Positions 1 to 12,542 are shown, numbered from the stretch's first letter. The stretch: DNA of 64,000 nucleotides from Octopus sinensis (GCF_006345805.1 NC_043003.1:14012001-14076000); one strand, 5' to 3'. The notes: generated from the letters alone by a model not told the origin. Translations and numbers: made by a program.

Positions 1-175
1 CACAGCAATAGTAATACATTGCTGAACAGAATACTCAGTACTTGATGGCATATAAGAAACACTGTTTTCAAAAACAAAGTCACAAAAAATAAAGAAAAGC
101 AAAGAAATCACTCCAGGTCCTATTTGCAAAGATGCTTTAAACCTTTCGCATTTAGATTAGTTTTGGTCAAATAGG

Positions 176-545
176 TGCAGGCATGGCTGTGTATTAAGAA
201 GTTTACTTCTTAACCACATGGTTCCGAGTTCAGTCCTATTGTGTAGCACCTTGGCCAAGTGACTTCTACTATGGCCTCGGGTCAGCCAAAGCCTTGGGCC
301 AATCAAAGCCTTGTGAGTGAATTTGGTAGATGGAAACTGAAAACCCATCATATATGCATGTGTGTGTGTGTGTTTGCTTCTCAATACTGCTTGACAGCCA
401 CTGTTGGTGTGTTTATGTCCCTGTAACTTGGCAATTAAGCAAAAGAGACCGATAGAATAAGAACCGGGCTTAACAAATAATTAGTACTGGGGTCGATTCG
501 TTCGACTAAAAATTCTTCAAAGCAGTACTCCAGCATGGCCACTAA
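176..545 (+). mobile_element. tRNA-headed SINE family S1 (CORE-like centre, internal microsatellite)
   Basis: Matches many other copies in the window (ggctgtgtggtaag...ggttcagtccc...gcaccttgggcaagtgtc). Confidence 0.8.
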
Positions 546-813
546 CCATGCATGATCTTGTAGCTTTGAGATGTCAATGGTGTGCTTGTATATTTTTAGA
601 ATGACATTGTAGGGTAGGTGTGAGAGGTTGGATATTGTCAGTTTTAATACAAAATGGGTAGAATATTTGGGTTAGATAAAATGCTAAAAGGTTAAATATT
701 AGATGCTTTCACCCTTTTGATACCAACTTGCCTGAAACTATCCCTGGTTCTGAGATACATTCCTTGTTTCAAAGTGATCAAAATTGAAACTTTCCGTCAA
801 AATTCCACATTAA

Positions 814-1036
814 CCCTTTCATTATCAACCCGGCTGAAACCACCTCTGGCTCTGTAGTACAAGTGTCTTGTTTACATAAGTTTTTAATTAAAAAATCTTC
901 CACCAAACCTTAGTCACAATTTATGTTCCTAACACTAGTTTAATGATAACCAAGTTATTTTACTAAATTCTTTGTTAAATTTGAAATAATTGAAAGAAAC
1001 ACAGAGCATCTCAAAATAAATACAGTAACGAAAGGG
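814..1036. mobile_element. piggyBac-type MITE (family 2)
   Basis: TTAA|CCCTTTC ... GAAAGGG|TTAA; related fragments near 4255, 37730 and 39410. Confidence 0.75.
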
Positions 1037-1293
1037 TTAATCTATGTTCCAACCACTAGCTTAATAATGGTTTCAAATTCTACCATAAGATCAGTAATTT
1101 CAGGGGGAGGGGTAAGTCGATTATATCGACCCCAGTGTTCAACTGGTACTTGTTTTAATAAAACCAAAATGATGAAAAACAGAGTCAACTCCAGCAACAT
1201 TTGAACTCAGAACATTAATTCAGAAGAAATGCCACTAAACATTTTTCCAGTATGGTAACAATGCTGCCAACTTGCCACCTTACATCAGCTTAA

Positions 1294-1514
1294 CCCTTTA
1301 GCATTTAAACCGGCCATATCCGGCCAAAAGTATTCTGCCTGTTTTATGTTCAAACTGGCCAGATTTGGTCTCTCACACCAGCCCTACAATATCGTTTTAA
1401 AAATTAACAGCTACCTCATCAAAATCTCATAGCTACAAGATAATGCCTGATTAGTTCAAAACAATGTGGATGAAAAAGGATTAATTTTGGCTGAATAATG
1501 CGAACACTAAAGGG
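1294..1514. mobile_element. piggyBac-type MITE (family 1), complete
   Basis: TTAA|CCCTTTAG ... CTAAAGGG|TTAA; more than 15 partial copies across the window. Confidence 0.85.
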
Positions 1515-1734
1515 TTAATAATAGTAAATGTGGTAACAAAAGGGTTAAAGTTTCCTAAATTAGGTCTGTCATTCCATTTGGACTCCTTTTTCTGAAACTG
1601 GCACTGTCTGGTGTCTGATGACAATCTCAGGTTTAGTTTCACACACTTATTAGTTATAATTACCAATGTGTTTGCTATTTTTCTAACCATATAATCAAGC
1701 ATTGCACTTTTCTGTTTTTGATTGAATATAAAAT

Positions 1735-1740
1735 TTTATT
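1735..1740 (-). terminator. Putative polyadenylation signal AATAAA
   Basis: tttatt on the + strand at the end of the putative 3' UTR; the hexamer is common in AT-rich DNA. Confidence 0.3.
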
Positions 1741-2519
1741 CCCCGAAAATTTCTACGTTTATTTAACTAACGAAGGAAAATTAATCTCAACATGCGTCAC
1801 CTTAATTAAGTATTAAATAGGATAGTTTAGCAGAAACATATTCTAATAAATAAACATTTAAAATTAGCTCTGCATAAAAATAGATGATTACATATCAAAC
1901 AAACAGCAATAACAATAAACAAACGAATAAATAAAATAAAATAAAATATAAATAAAATGAAAATAAAACCTATCAAAGATTGAAAGAGCACTGCAAATGG
2001 CATTGATGAGCTGCTGCTTTTATACAATTCTTCCAACCAGAAAACAGCTATGAATAGAAATTGTATTAAGAAAGCTTTCTCTGAATAATAAGACATGACC
2101 ATGCACTATGTTGAGATAATAATCCTCTTTATTCTTTTCACATACCATATGAAAGATTATTCTCTCTCCTAAATCATTTATCCTGATCTCGCTTTTGTTA
2201 AGCCTTATCACCCACCCAAGAATAACCAATTTGTTTCCTTGGTTTCATGACTTTTTCTTTTCTTTGGTTTTTTTTTTGGCTTTTTTTTTTTTATATATTT
2301 TCTATTTTCTGTTTTTCATTCTCCCATACATCGGAACAGCTCCTGCTCGCAAATTTCAGATATTTTCGATGCATCTAGAAGTCGTCGTGTTTTGCAGTCA
2401 GATGCCCTCCTACTAAGCAACTGTTCAATTTACAAAAGCAAAATTTCTTGCTTATTTTCCAAAACTCAATGGATTAACTGCATTAAACAACTCAAAAGAT
2501 AAACACAAATCCATTCTGA

Positions 2520-2560
2520 TCAATCTCTGCTGTACTTCTTATTTACTTCACCGTTATCCT
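2520..2560 (-). CDS. Candidate terminal coding exon (EDNGEVNKKYSRD*) followed by ~800-nt 3' UTR
   Basis: aatctgtaatctttctgcag acceptor; TGA at 2520-2522; unique U-rich downstream sequence. Confidence 0.45.
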
Positions 2561-3787
2561 CTGCAGAAAGATTACAGATTTTAAAAAGTTAACACACCAC
2601 AAAGCTTTATACTACATCTACCATACTTTGCAACGATAGCTACGGTGCTCCACAAACCGAAATCAGGTAATCAGTTTAGGGGCAGGTTCTAAGAATCTTC
2701 TCTATTTATCAGAATATGTAAAGATAAGCATTTGGAAGCTGAGTAATCAGGTTGGCTTTCTTAATGTATGATATACGTCAACATCAACATTTCTTCTTCG
2801 CGCAATCGTGTTTCCTTTGCAGAATTAGTTCGTTTGCATATTCTCATACAAGCACAAGAATTACTGAGGAATTTTGTATCAGAAGAAAGCATTCAATCGT
2901 ATTTCCCTCCACGATTCAATGCATATTCTCTTTTACAATGTTATATGTATACACACACACACACACGCGCGCGCATATATAGGGGCTGAGATTTCTGGTG
3001 CTTTGCTATGCCTGAGAAGACATGCAAACCTAAATAAAACCATAGCTGTCCATGCATAAGGGGATGTCTTCTATATCCCTCTCTCAGTCTTGTGGGTGCT
3101 GGTGTCACACAAAAGCACTCATTGGTCTGTCTGAGTTTATAGCAGAAGGTACTTTCCCAAGGTACTGCACAGTGGGACTGAACCCAAAACCACACGGTTA
3201 CAAAATGAGCTTCTTAACTCCACAAGAAGGAAGGCAGAACCAAAAAAAAAAAAAACAGAATAGTAAAACAAATAAAAGATACAAATGAAGATTTACTCTT
3301 AAACATTTAACATTCAAACTGGCCATATCTGGCCTCTTACTCCTACCCTACAATATCAATCTAAAAATAGACGATTTTGTCATGAAAATCTCAAAGCTGT
3401 AATATATTGAATAATTAATTCAAAACAATGTAAATAAATAATAAGCATTACATTTGACAGAATAATCTGAATGCTAAAGAGTTAAGATTTAAACTGGCCA
3501 GATCCAGCCTCTCACACCTACCCTACACTGTCATTCTAAAATAAATAAGCATTATATTTGACAGAATAATCTGAATGCTAAAAGGATAAAGTCCTGTATC
3601 ACAAGTGTTATTTGTCACCAAATCTTGAACTACACATAACTGCAATTCAAGACGTGCTGTTGCTTGGGGTCAGAAAAAAAAAGGGTACGAAGCACTCTTC
3701 TGTATGAGAAACAAAGTTCAGTCTCGTTTTAGAAAAGAACTTCCTATCAAAAGACTTCTTGTTTGCAAAATTTCTGTTTCCAGTTCA

Positions 3788-4140
3788 TTCTTTTTACTCT
3801 TTTATTTGTATCAGTGATTTGACTGCAGCCATGCTGGAGCACCGCCTTTAGTCGAGCAAATCAACCCCAGGACTTATTCTTTGTAAGCCTAGTACTTATC
3901 CTATCAGTAATTTTGCTGGACTGCTAAGTTATGGGGATGTAGACACACCAGAATTGGTTGTCAAAAACAAACACATAAACCTACTCACACACATATACGA
4001 TGGGCTTCTTTCGGTTTCCGTCTACCAAATCCACTCACAAGGCTTTGGTCGACCCGAGGCTATAGTAGAAGACACTTGTCCAAGGTGCTATGCAGTGGGA
4101 TTGAACCTGGAACCATGTGGGTGGTAAACAAGCTACTTTA
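3788..4140 (-). mobile_element. SINE S1
   Basis: Reverse copy with tail and head. Confidence 0.8.
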
Positions 4141-4982
4141 TTTTATTGAATTTGCCAATAAGGCAGTACATAGAGTAATGTAGCTTGCGGGTTAGACAAG
4201 GACATTAATAAGGTGAATGATAATGATACAAGGATGATAAGGATGGGAGAAATTGAACCCTTTTGTTACCATATTTTTGTTGAAATACACTGCCTTTGTT
4301 TCAATTTATTTTGAAGATAATAAAGAATTTAATAAAATAACTTTACCATTATTAAGTTTGGAACATAAATTGATATGAAATTTCGATGGAAATTTTCAAT
4401 TCAAATCAGTTTAAAACGGGAATTTGTATTTTAGAACCAGAGTCTATTTAAGGTGGGTTGGTATGAAAAGAAATTACAGCATGGAAGATGGACACACAAA
4501 AACCGTTAAGATTCACTTTGACATTTAAATTTAATTTGCCAAAATATTTTCGTCGTTTTCAGACCGCGACCTGTTCACCGACAAAATTCTGTGCTGAAAA
4601 GGGTTGAAGAGTTAATACAGGTGAACAAAGTTGATGCTTTCAACTTGATTAACCATTATAAACTATTAAGGTGCAGAATTGGTTGAAGGTAGTGACAAGC
4701 ATCATGTGCTTGAGGGTACCATCTTTCAAATAAAAGGGAAAAATGAAAATAATGACATTTTATTTTCCTTTTTCGTTCATTTTACATATGTATTTCGAGG
4801 TTAGCATGAATTAGATGGGTATTTACAATAGAGGCCTTGTTGTACAACCAAATGTGCTACTTCTCAACCCTTATCTGTTTTTCAAGTAAAGGGATTTATT
4901 GTTTATTCCATACATCTAAAGAAATGCAGCAGTTATTCTTTTGTTTATCTGGGTTTTTTTTTTAGGGAACTATTTGTCAAAG

Positions 4983-5149
4983 ATAGGAGTGGCTGTGTGG
5001 TAAGTAGCTTGTTTACTAACCACATGGTTCCAGGTTCAGTCCCACTGCGTGGCACCTTGGGCAGGTGTCTTCTGCTATAGCCTCGGGCTGACAAAAGCCT
5101 TGTGAGTGGATTTGGTAGATGGAAACTGAAAGAAGCCCGTTGTAATATG

Positions 5150-5218
<69 letters not shown>

Positions 5219-5429
5219 TTGTGTGTCTGTGTTTGTTCCCCCCAATATCGCTTGACAACCAATGGTGGTGTGTTTACATTCCCGTAGCTTAGCGGTTCGG
5301 CAAAATAGACTGATAGAATAAGTACTAGGCTTACAAAGAATAAGTCCTGGGGTCGATTTGCTCGACTAAAGGCAGTGCTCTAGCATGGCCACAGTCACAT
5401 GACTGAAACAAGTAAAAGAGTAAAAGAGT
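4983..5429 (+). mobile_element. SINE S1, full length with internal (TA)n(TG)n
   Basis: A/B-box-like head, body and (gtaaaaga)n tail. Confidence 0.85.
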
Positions 5430-5649
5430 AATGTCATTTATAGCTCAGTGCTATTTTCATTCAAGTACAACATGAAAACATTCAAACACACACACACACA
5501 CAAGCTTTGTAAAAGCTCTCCTTCATTCATAAGGCACAGTTGGTCGGTTTGGTGCTACATGAGAAGACATTTGCCCATGGTACCATGCAGTGGGACTGAA
5601 CCTGAAACAACATGAACTGTATTGTAACAAACACTTTGTTCCAACATTT

Positions 5650-5970
5650 ATGGTGCCACATAAAAAGCACCCATGCTAGAATTATGTAGAAAGCACCCAT
5701 GCTTGTGCCACATTGAGTAAACATGCCAAGCTATATAAGAACCACCGTGTCCGTGTCACATAGAGAGTACCTATGCCAATGACACACAAGAAGCACTCAG
5801 CACGTTCTGTAAAGTTTGCATTAAGAAGGTCATCCAGCTGTAGAAACCAAGCCAAATCAGACTGGAACTTGGTGTAGCTCCCCTGCTTACCAGCTCTAAT
5901 CAAACTGTCCAACCCATGCCAGCATAGAAAACGGGTATTAAATGATAATGATGATGATAATAATGGTAAT
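5650..5970 (+). mobile_element. Retroposon family S3 (5' ~26-bp VNTR, (GAT)n tail)
   Basis: ...aagg(g)catccagctgtagaaac...aacccatgccagcat...(gat)n, shared with about 10 copies. Confidence 0.65.
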
Positions 5971-6692
5971 GGTGATTTTGTGTGAAAATTTTGTTGGGTA
6001 GGGGAGCAGGGGCATTGAAATTCAGTTTATTTAGTGCACCAGTAACCCTAAAACTGCTCCCATTAAGGTACACTATTTACTGTGTAAGAAAAGATGATTG
6101 TATAATAAAGAGAAATATAAGCAGAAATATACATAAAAATGATGAAGTAAAATAATAAAATTCCTCCAATGTAGGCAGCTTACTCATGAATTTTTAAAAG
6201 TGAAATGCTTAAATACTATAGGTTCATGTGCCAGTAGTCTGTGTTCGGCAGAGTAGAGTTATGTTGACAACTGTAACAGACTAATGTAATGCAAGCTATA
6301 ATCAATAGACCATTACACTAAGTTCCTTACATCAGTGAACAAGTACAGAAAACATGACAGACCAATTGTGCTGCTCTATGTTTCTAAGTACATTTTTTTC
6401 CCCTTTACAACAGACAAAAATATTCTTAAAAGAGTTATACTTTGATTACTTTAGGCTAGAGGTCAGTTGAATTGGGGAAAGTGATAGATTGATGAGGAGA
6501 GAGGGAGAGGGAGAGAGAGAGATGTTGTGCAGAGAGAAACTGTTTTTACTTCAGTGAAACATACTATATGTTAATTTCCACATAACACACTAAAATGGAA
6601 AACATGGAAATTGGTGGGAAAATGTTTGCAACACATTTTGGATACATGCTCTCAATCTTAAGTGCATGTGCTGTGTGTTTTATGTTTTCTGA

Positions 6693-6794
<102 letters not shown>

Positions 6795-6842
6795 CACACA
6801 CACATATATATATACATGTATATATATCTATATATATTTACT

Positions 6843-7069
6843 TATCTCTTACTTATTTCTGTCATTGGACTGCAGCCATACTGGGGCACCACCTTGAAGA
6901 GTTTTCAGTCAAGCAAATTGACCTCAGTACTTTTTTAAAGCCCAATACTTATTCTATCTGTCTCTTTTGCCAAACTGCCAAGTTATGGGGATGTAAACAC
7001 ACCAACACTGGTGGTCAAGTGGTGGTGGTGGTGGGCCATTCACAGACACATAAACACACACACACACAA

Positions 7070-7114
<45 letters not shown>

Positions 7115-7276
7115 ACAGACTTCTTTTAGTTTCTATTGATACAATTCACTCATAGGGCTTTGGTCAGCCCAAACCTAAAGTAGAAGACACTTGCCCAAAG
7201 TGCCACTCAGTGGGACTGAACCCAGATCCATGTGGTCAGGAAGCAAACTTCTTACTTCTTACCTCACAGCCATGCC
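6843..7276 (-). mobile_element. SINE S1
   Basis: Reverse full-length copy. Confidence 0.8.
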
Positions 7277-7278
7277 TG

Positions 7279-7327
<49 letters not shown>

Positions 7328-7331
<4 letters not shown>

Positions 7332-7538
7332 TTAATCCAAACATGAAAACACAAAGAGAAAACACAACAACGCGAGGACGTGGAACAAGTATAGTATTAT
7401 TGGACGCTCAGGAAAGGAAAGAAAGAAGGAGGATTTAACGTTTCAAGCGGAGCTCTTCGTCAGAAATATAGGAAAAGGAAAGATCCAAGGAAGGGAAGAC
7501 GGAGGACAAAAATCCCCACCAATACACACACAGTCACA
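7328..7538 (-). mobile_element. Penelope-type pLTR remnant, family B
   Basis: Second copy at 20290-20500; contains a minimal hammerhead motif. Confidence 0.65.
7433..7467 (-). ncRNA. Minimal type I hammerhead ribozyme motif
   Basis: AUUU CUGACGA A GAGC-ucc-GCUU GAAA CG UU AAAU: core intact, stem I 4 bp, palindromic stem III. Confidence 0.7.
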
Positions 7539-7545
7539 TCACACC

Positions 7546-7597
7546 ATCTCCGATGAGGGGATATAATTAATAAATATCCTGGAAACAGCTGTAAGAC
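7546..7597 (+). ncRNA. Degenerate type I hammerhead motif, family C
   Basis: AUCU CCGAUGA GGGGAUA..UAUCCUG GAAA CAGCUG UA AGAC; U4>C and a stem II mismatch. Confidence 0.5.
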
Positions 7598-8489
7598 CTA
7601 ACTTTAAATGCTCTAATATCTACACATCCTTGGTTATTTATCTCATTACACAAAAAATTCTTATATATATACACACACACACACACACAGGTATGTATAC
7701 ACACACACACACATATATATATATGTATGTATGTAAATAATAATAATAATGAAATTATTGTATACAGTGCTCAGGTGCACCACAACTTGTCAGAAAGTGC
7801 ATATAAAGTACATGCAGTAATGTAGAAATGTCTGGAAAGTGAACATGCTTGTGTGTGTATGGAGGGGAGAAAATCAAGTGTAGTGTTGGCGAATCTCAGG
7901 AAGCATGGAAGTCTTGAAGGATGCAGTGCTCCAACAACTAAAAACCGATGCCGGCAGTTTGTTCCACGCTTCAGCAACTCTCAGCGTGAAAAAATGTTTC
8001 CTGAAGTCATGGGAGCTGTGCTGTTTTCTTACTTTGTAAATATATCAACGGGTGTTAGATGGGTGGAGTTTGAAGAGGTGCTCAGTGTTATTGTTTGTAG
8101 TATATATGTAGTATATATACACACACAACCACACACACACACACACACGTAGCCATTAACAATAGATATTTTATAAGCATACAAGTTTGGTTAAGAATCA
8201 CATGATTACCAACTGAGTCTCTTAACTCTTTGACACTCGGCTGTGCATGGATCTTCACACACACACATGTATGCATTTGTGTTTTCACACATCTCTCTCT
8301 CTCTCTCTCACTCTCTCTTTAATGTTGGAAACAGGAAAACGGAACTCAAAACATGGATGTATATATTTCTTATCATCAGCAATCAGCGAAGTAACAAAGG
8401 GACACAAGGGCTGAAGTCTTTTTTTGTGTATTGGTAAATTTGATAAATACCAATACATGAAACTTGAGTTATGCTGTAACTTCTGCCTT

Positions 8490-8616
8490 TAGTAGTAGCA
8501 GCAGTAGTAGTAGTAGCAGCAGCAACAGCAGCAGCAGTACCAGTAGTAGTAGTAACAGTAGTAGCAGCAGCAGTAGTAGTAGTAGTAGTAACAGTGGTAG
8601 CAGCAGCAGCAGTAGC

Positions 8617-8651
<35 letters not shown>

Positions 8652-8670
8652 CAGCAGCAGCAGTAGTAGT
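8490..8670. repeat. (AGT/AGC)n trinucleotide array
   Basis: Direct inspection. Confidence 0.95.
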
Positions 8671-8687
8671 CCTTTCTACTCAAGGCA

Positions 8688-8830
8688 GAAGGCCTGAAAG
8701 TGTTGTAGAGGGGACTAGTCACTACTAGTACTTATTTTGTTGGCCCTGGAGGAATGAAAGGCAAAGCTGACCTCGGTGGAATTTGAACTCAGAACATTGA
8801 GATGGGTGAAACACTGCCAAGCATTTTACT
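8688..8830 (-). mobile_element. SINE S2 (diverged)
   Basis: aaaggcaaagctgacctcggtggaatttgaactcagaac. Confidence 0.7.
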
Positions 8831-8890
8831 CATTGCTAATTAACAAGGATGGCAGCAACGACGATGACAGATGATGGTGACAGCAATGAT

Positions 8891-8921
<31 letters not shown>

Positions 8922-9084
8922 ATATGTGTGTATATGTATGGGCAGAGGCAAGGCTGTGTGTTTAATAAGTTCACTTCCCAACCAAGTGGACTTGGGTTCA
9001 ATTCCACCGCACAGCACCTTTGGGTGAGTGTCAGTCAAAGCTTTGTGAATTTGATAGGTGGGAAACTAAAAGAAGCCTTTGTGT

Positions 9085-9437
9085 GTGTGTAAGGTGTGTG
9101 TATGGTGTGAGTATATGGTGTGAGTATGGTGTGTGTGTGTGTGGTCTGTATGTTGTGTGTATAGTGTGTGAGTATGGTGTGTGTGTATGGTATGTGTGTA
9201 TGGTGTGTCTATATATATAGTGTGTGTGTATATAGTGTGTGGTGTGTGTCTGTGTATAGTGTGTGTGTGTAGTGTGTGTGTATGTGTATGGTGTGTCTGT
9301 ATATAGTGTGAGTGTGCGTGTAGTGTGTGTATGTGTATGGTGTGTCTGTATATATAGTGTGTGTGTGTGTGTATATAGTGTGTGTGTGTGTATAGTGTCT
9401 GTGTGTGTGTGTATAGTGTCTGCGTGTGTGTGTGTGG
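9085..9437. repeat. Complex (GT)/(GTAT)-rich microsatellite
   Basis: Direct inspection. Confidence 0.9.
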
Positions 9438-9735
9438 AAACATATGCCTATACAAGTAACACATGGTAAATTACACAAACTGTTGAAATTTCTTCTAGTA
9501 CAGTGTTATTTATCACATGAAGAACAGCTGTTCTGATTGTGAAATATTTTGAGAAAGACATATTCTTCAAGTTTCAATTGTTACCATGGAAACACTTCAA
9601 GAGTGGAACACAGAGTGGTATATCTGAAATGTCTTCCATTCACACAAGCCATATATACATAAATGGACAAATATAAGATGCCAAAGGGCAGTGTCGGTGT
9701 GCATGCATTAGAGCATGACATCATCGTTCAGTTAC

Positions 9736-9824
9736 CGTTCCCAGAACCATCATTGTCTTCGTCTTTTCTTGTAGTCGTTTCACTTAAAATATACACCGAA
9801 ATTGTTGCCTTTCTCACATTCCTT
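9736..9824 (-). CDS. Candidate exon (RNVRKATISVYILSETTTRKDEDNDGSGN); alternative acceptor at 9782 gives 47 nt
   Basis: Donor ACG|gtaact; acceptors tttcgtttgtattcaag or gtatattttaag; ends in phase 1, matching the exon at 2560. Confidence 0.45.
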
Positions 9825-9851
9825 CTTGAATACAAACGAAATATTGAATTC

Positions 9852-9883
<32 letters not shown>

Positions 9884-10373
9884 TGATAAAATTCTCAGTA
9901 ACTGAAGAAAGGTAGTAGTCTCATGGAATTCTGTTTCAATCTTTCAAATCTTTCAATCTATTCTTCCACACTCCACAGAAAATGAAAAAAAAATAAAAAA
10001 TCTTTTCCAATAACAGTCACGCAGTTCCTGATTAGATAATGGAGAATTGTTTTTGTATACATTCACTTTACTGGCAAGTAACATGATATGTGTATTTCAT
10101 CTGGGATTCATATTCCGACTTATAAGGATTTGAAATGCAACTATTACTCACAGAGGTTGTGCATAATTGGAATTTCTCTAGTCAATAGGCTATAATTAAA
10201 ATTATTAGATACCCTATAGCACAGATCAATATCTAATTTTTGCTGTTTCTTTCCTATCGTTCTGCCTCTGCAATGACAAGATTAAAAATAAACTAAAAAA
10301 ATAAAAGAATTTAAAGAGAACCAAAAAAAAAAAAAAGACCCCAAAAATTTAACAAAAACTTAATAATCATCTC

Positions 10374-10415
<42 letters not shown>

Positions 10416-10779
10416 TTTTTTTTTTTTACTTAGATAACAAATATAAGCAAAACGGTTGTAATATATTTAAACTGCTTCTGGAAATTATCAATGGTTTCAA
10501 ATTTAACAAGCTTCTTTTTATATAAAAGAAGAAGAACCACTAGTTATTTTCTATGCCCTGCAGCGCCATCCTTTCAAACATCTGCCTTTGACTGGAATCA
10601 TGGTAAGAGAGAGACATGCTGCACTAAAAATACATTATCTCCTTTAATCAAGCAAGGGTATATATTTCTTATCTCGCTAGATTCTATATTAAATTTGGTG
10701 CAAAGAAATAGGACATAACACTTAAACAATGTATGTAAATTATATCTTTTGGAATAGATAAGCACAATCATCATCATTA

Positions 10780-10887
10780 TCATCATGTATATACACACAT
10801 ATGCATATATACATATATTCACATATATATACACATACATATATTAACATATATATATATATACACACACACACATATCTCTCTCTC

Positions 10888-10920
<33 letters not shown>

Positions 10921-11345
10921 CTGTAAGTTAGGATTAATATTCCCACAAATTATTATTATATATATATATATATATATAATATATATATATATATAATGGT
11001 GGTGCCCCAGCATGGCCACAGCTCGTGAGCTGAAACTAGATAAAATAAATAAAGTTTTTAAAAATATATATATATACATATATAGAGAGAGAGATATAAT
11101 ACATCTAAGTATATAAATTTGTAGTCTATAAGTATAGAGAGTAACCCATTAGATTAATGTAAAATTGTTTCTATTATAACCAAACATAAAAACAAACATT
11201 AGTGTGTATATATATATATATATATCACGTGACCGACCAGACCATCAGATGTTGCTACACATCGCTGGTCACAATGCGTTCGCATTGTTTTAGCCTTCGA
11301 ATGACGCCACCCCGCTGGCTAAGCGAGCAGGCCAATATAAATATA

Positions 11346-11414
<69 letters not shown>

Positions 11415-11455
11415 CATACATATACATATATATATGCACAAATATATATAAATAT

Positions 11456-11495
<40 letters not shown>

Positions 11496-11500
11496 GATAG
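10780..11500. repeat. (TA)n/(TACA)n/(GATA)n microsatellite cluster with a 110-bp insert
   Basis: Direct inspection. Confidence 0.9.
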
Positions 11501-11656
11501 ATGTGTGTGTGTTTTCTCCTTGTTAACAATTAACATGGAAAAAATATATAAATAGTAACCAGGGTAGCAAAAAATCATACAAGTAAAAAGTAGTAACTCC
11601 TTGTTTTTAAAGGTAGAAACTTCAGATTTATGTGAAATATTTTGTATAATACATAT

Positions 11657-11900
11657 AAATAAATAGAGTTAAACACAGGTGTTATTCAAATTCTTTTACT
11701 ACCGACACGTTTCGAAGATATCACTGGTATTATTCCAAAGGAATAAAATGGTGTAAAACAATGTAATCTTCTCTTCAGGAAAGTGAAGAAATGAAAATTG
11801 TCAATCAGACATTTTAACAGAAATAATACCAGTGATATCTTCGAAACATGTGCCGGAAGTAAAAGAATTTGAATAACACCTGCATTTAACTCCATTTATA
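11657..11900. mobile_element. Penelope-type pLTR remnant with ~75-bp inverted arms
   Basis: 11657-11733 is the reverse complement of 11822-11900 with a few mismatches; hammerhead motif inside. Confidence 0.65.
11698..11784 (-). ncRNA. Type I hammerhead motif with extended stem II
   Basis: ACUUUC CUGAAGA GAAGAU-(46 nt)-AUCUUC GAAA CGUG UC GGUAGU; GUC cleavage triplet. Confidence 0.65.
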
Positions 11901-11977
11901 AACAGGTACCTCCAATTAGAAATTCTTCAGAGAATCTAATAATTCTTCTAATAATGATTCTTCAGACAGAGAATCTA

Positions 11978-12542
11978 CTGGGTTGTCCGGAAAGTTCATG
12001 CCGATTTATAGTAGCTTACCTTTTGACTTATTTTAGGACATGGTTGAGTCCATAAAATAGGATTTGACTACACCTCCATTTAGAGCACAGTTTAAGCTAT
12101 CTTTTCATAGAAGAAGGTTTATGTTCCTATAACCTGTGTTAATTCTGTAACCCTTTAAAATGGATGATAAGAAAGTTCATTTTCAGCAGTTGATGCTTTG
12201 GGAACCAGACAAAATTGCTGCAGCTTGGCTGGGATGTGTTACCCCATCCACCATATTCACCAGATATTGCTCCTTCGGATTTCCACTTATTAAGGTCTCT
12301 GCAGAATAGTCTAAATGGTAAAAATTTCAACTCCTTGAATGACGTAAAAAGATACCTTGATGAATTCTTTGCCATGAAACCCACTAGATTCTGGGAAGAG
12401 GGTATTTTCAAGTTAAAGGAAAGAGGGAGACGCATTGTGCAACAAAATGGTTCACATTTGGTTGATTAAAAATGTAATGGCAAGTATTTATTGACCTTTT
12501 ACTTTCCTTTAAAAATTGGTACGAAGTTTCCGGACAGCTTAA
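11978..12542 (+). mobile_element. Internally deleted mariner (Tc1/mariner) element with transposase C-terminal remnant
   Basis: TA TSD, imperfect TIRs, ORF 12215-12469 with PHPPYSPDIAPSDFHL. Confidence 0.92.

Noticed and set aside
4715-4920. 2-3 nt exon-like AG-ATG-GT and AG-AT-GT sites
   Set aside because: Too short to distinguish from chance without reads
4945-5287. Recurrent ORFs such as RASFSFHLPNPLTRL and RLLSVSVYQIHSQG
   Set aside because: Translations of SINE S1 on both strands, repeated at every copy
10564-10602. Plus-strand 39-nt exon-like segment (RHPFKHLPLTGIM) with good splice sites
   Set aside because: Isolated; no convincing plus-strand partner exons; within chance expectation
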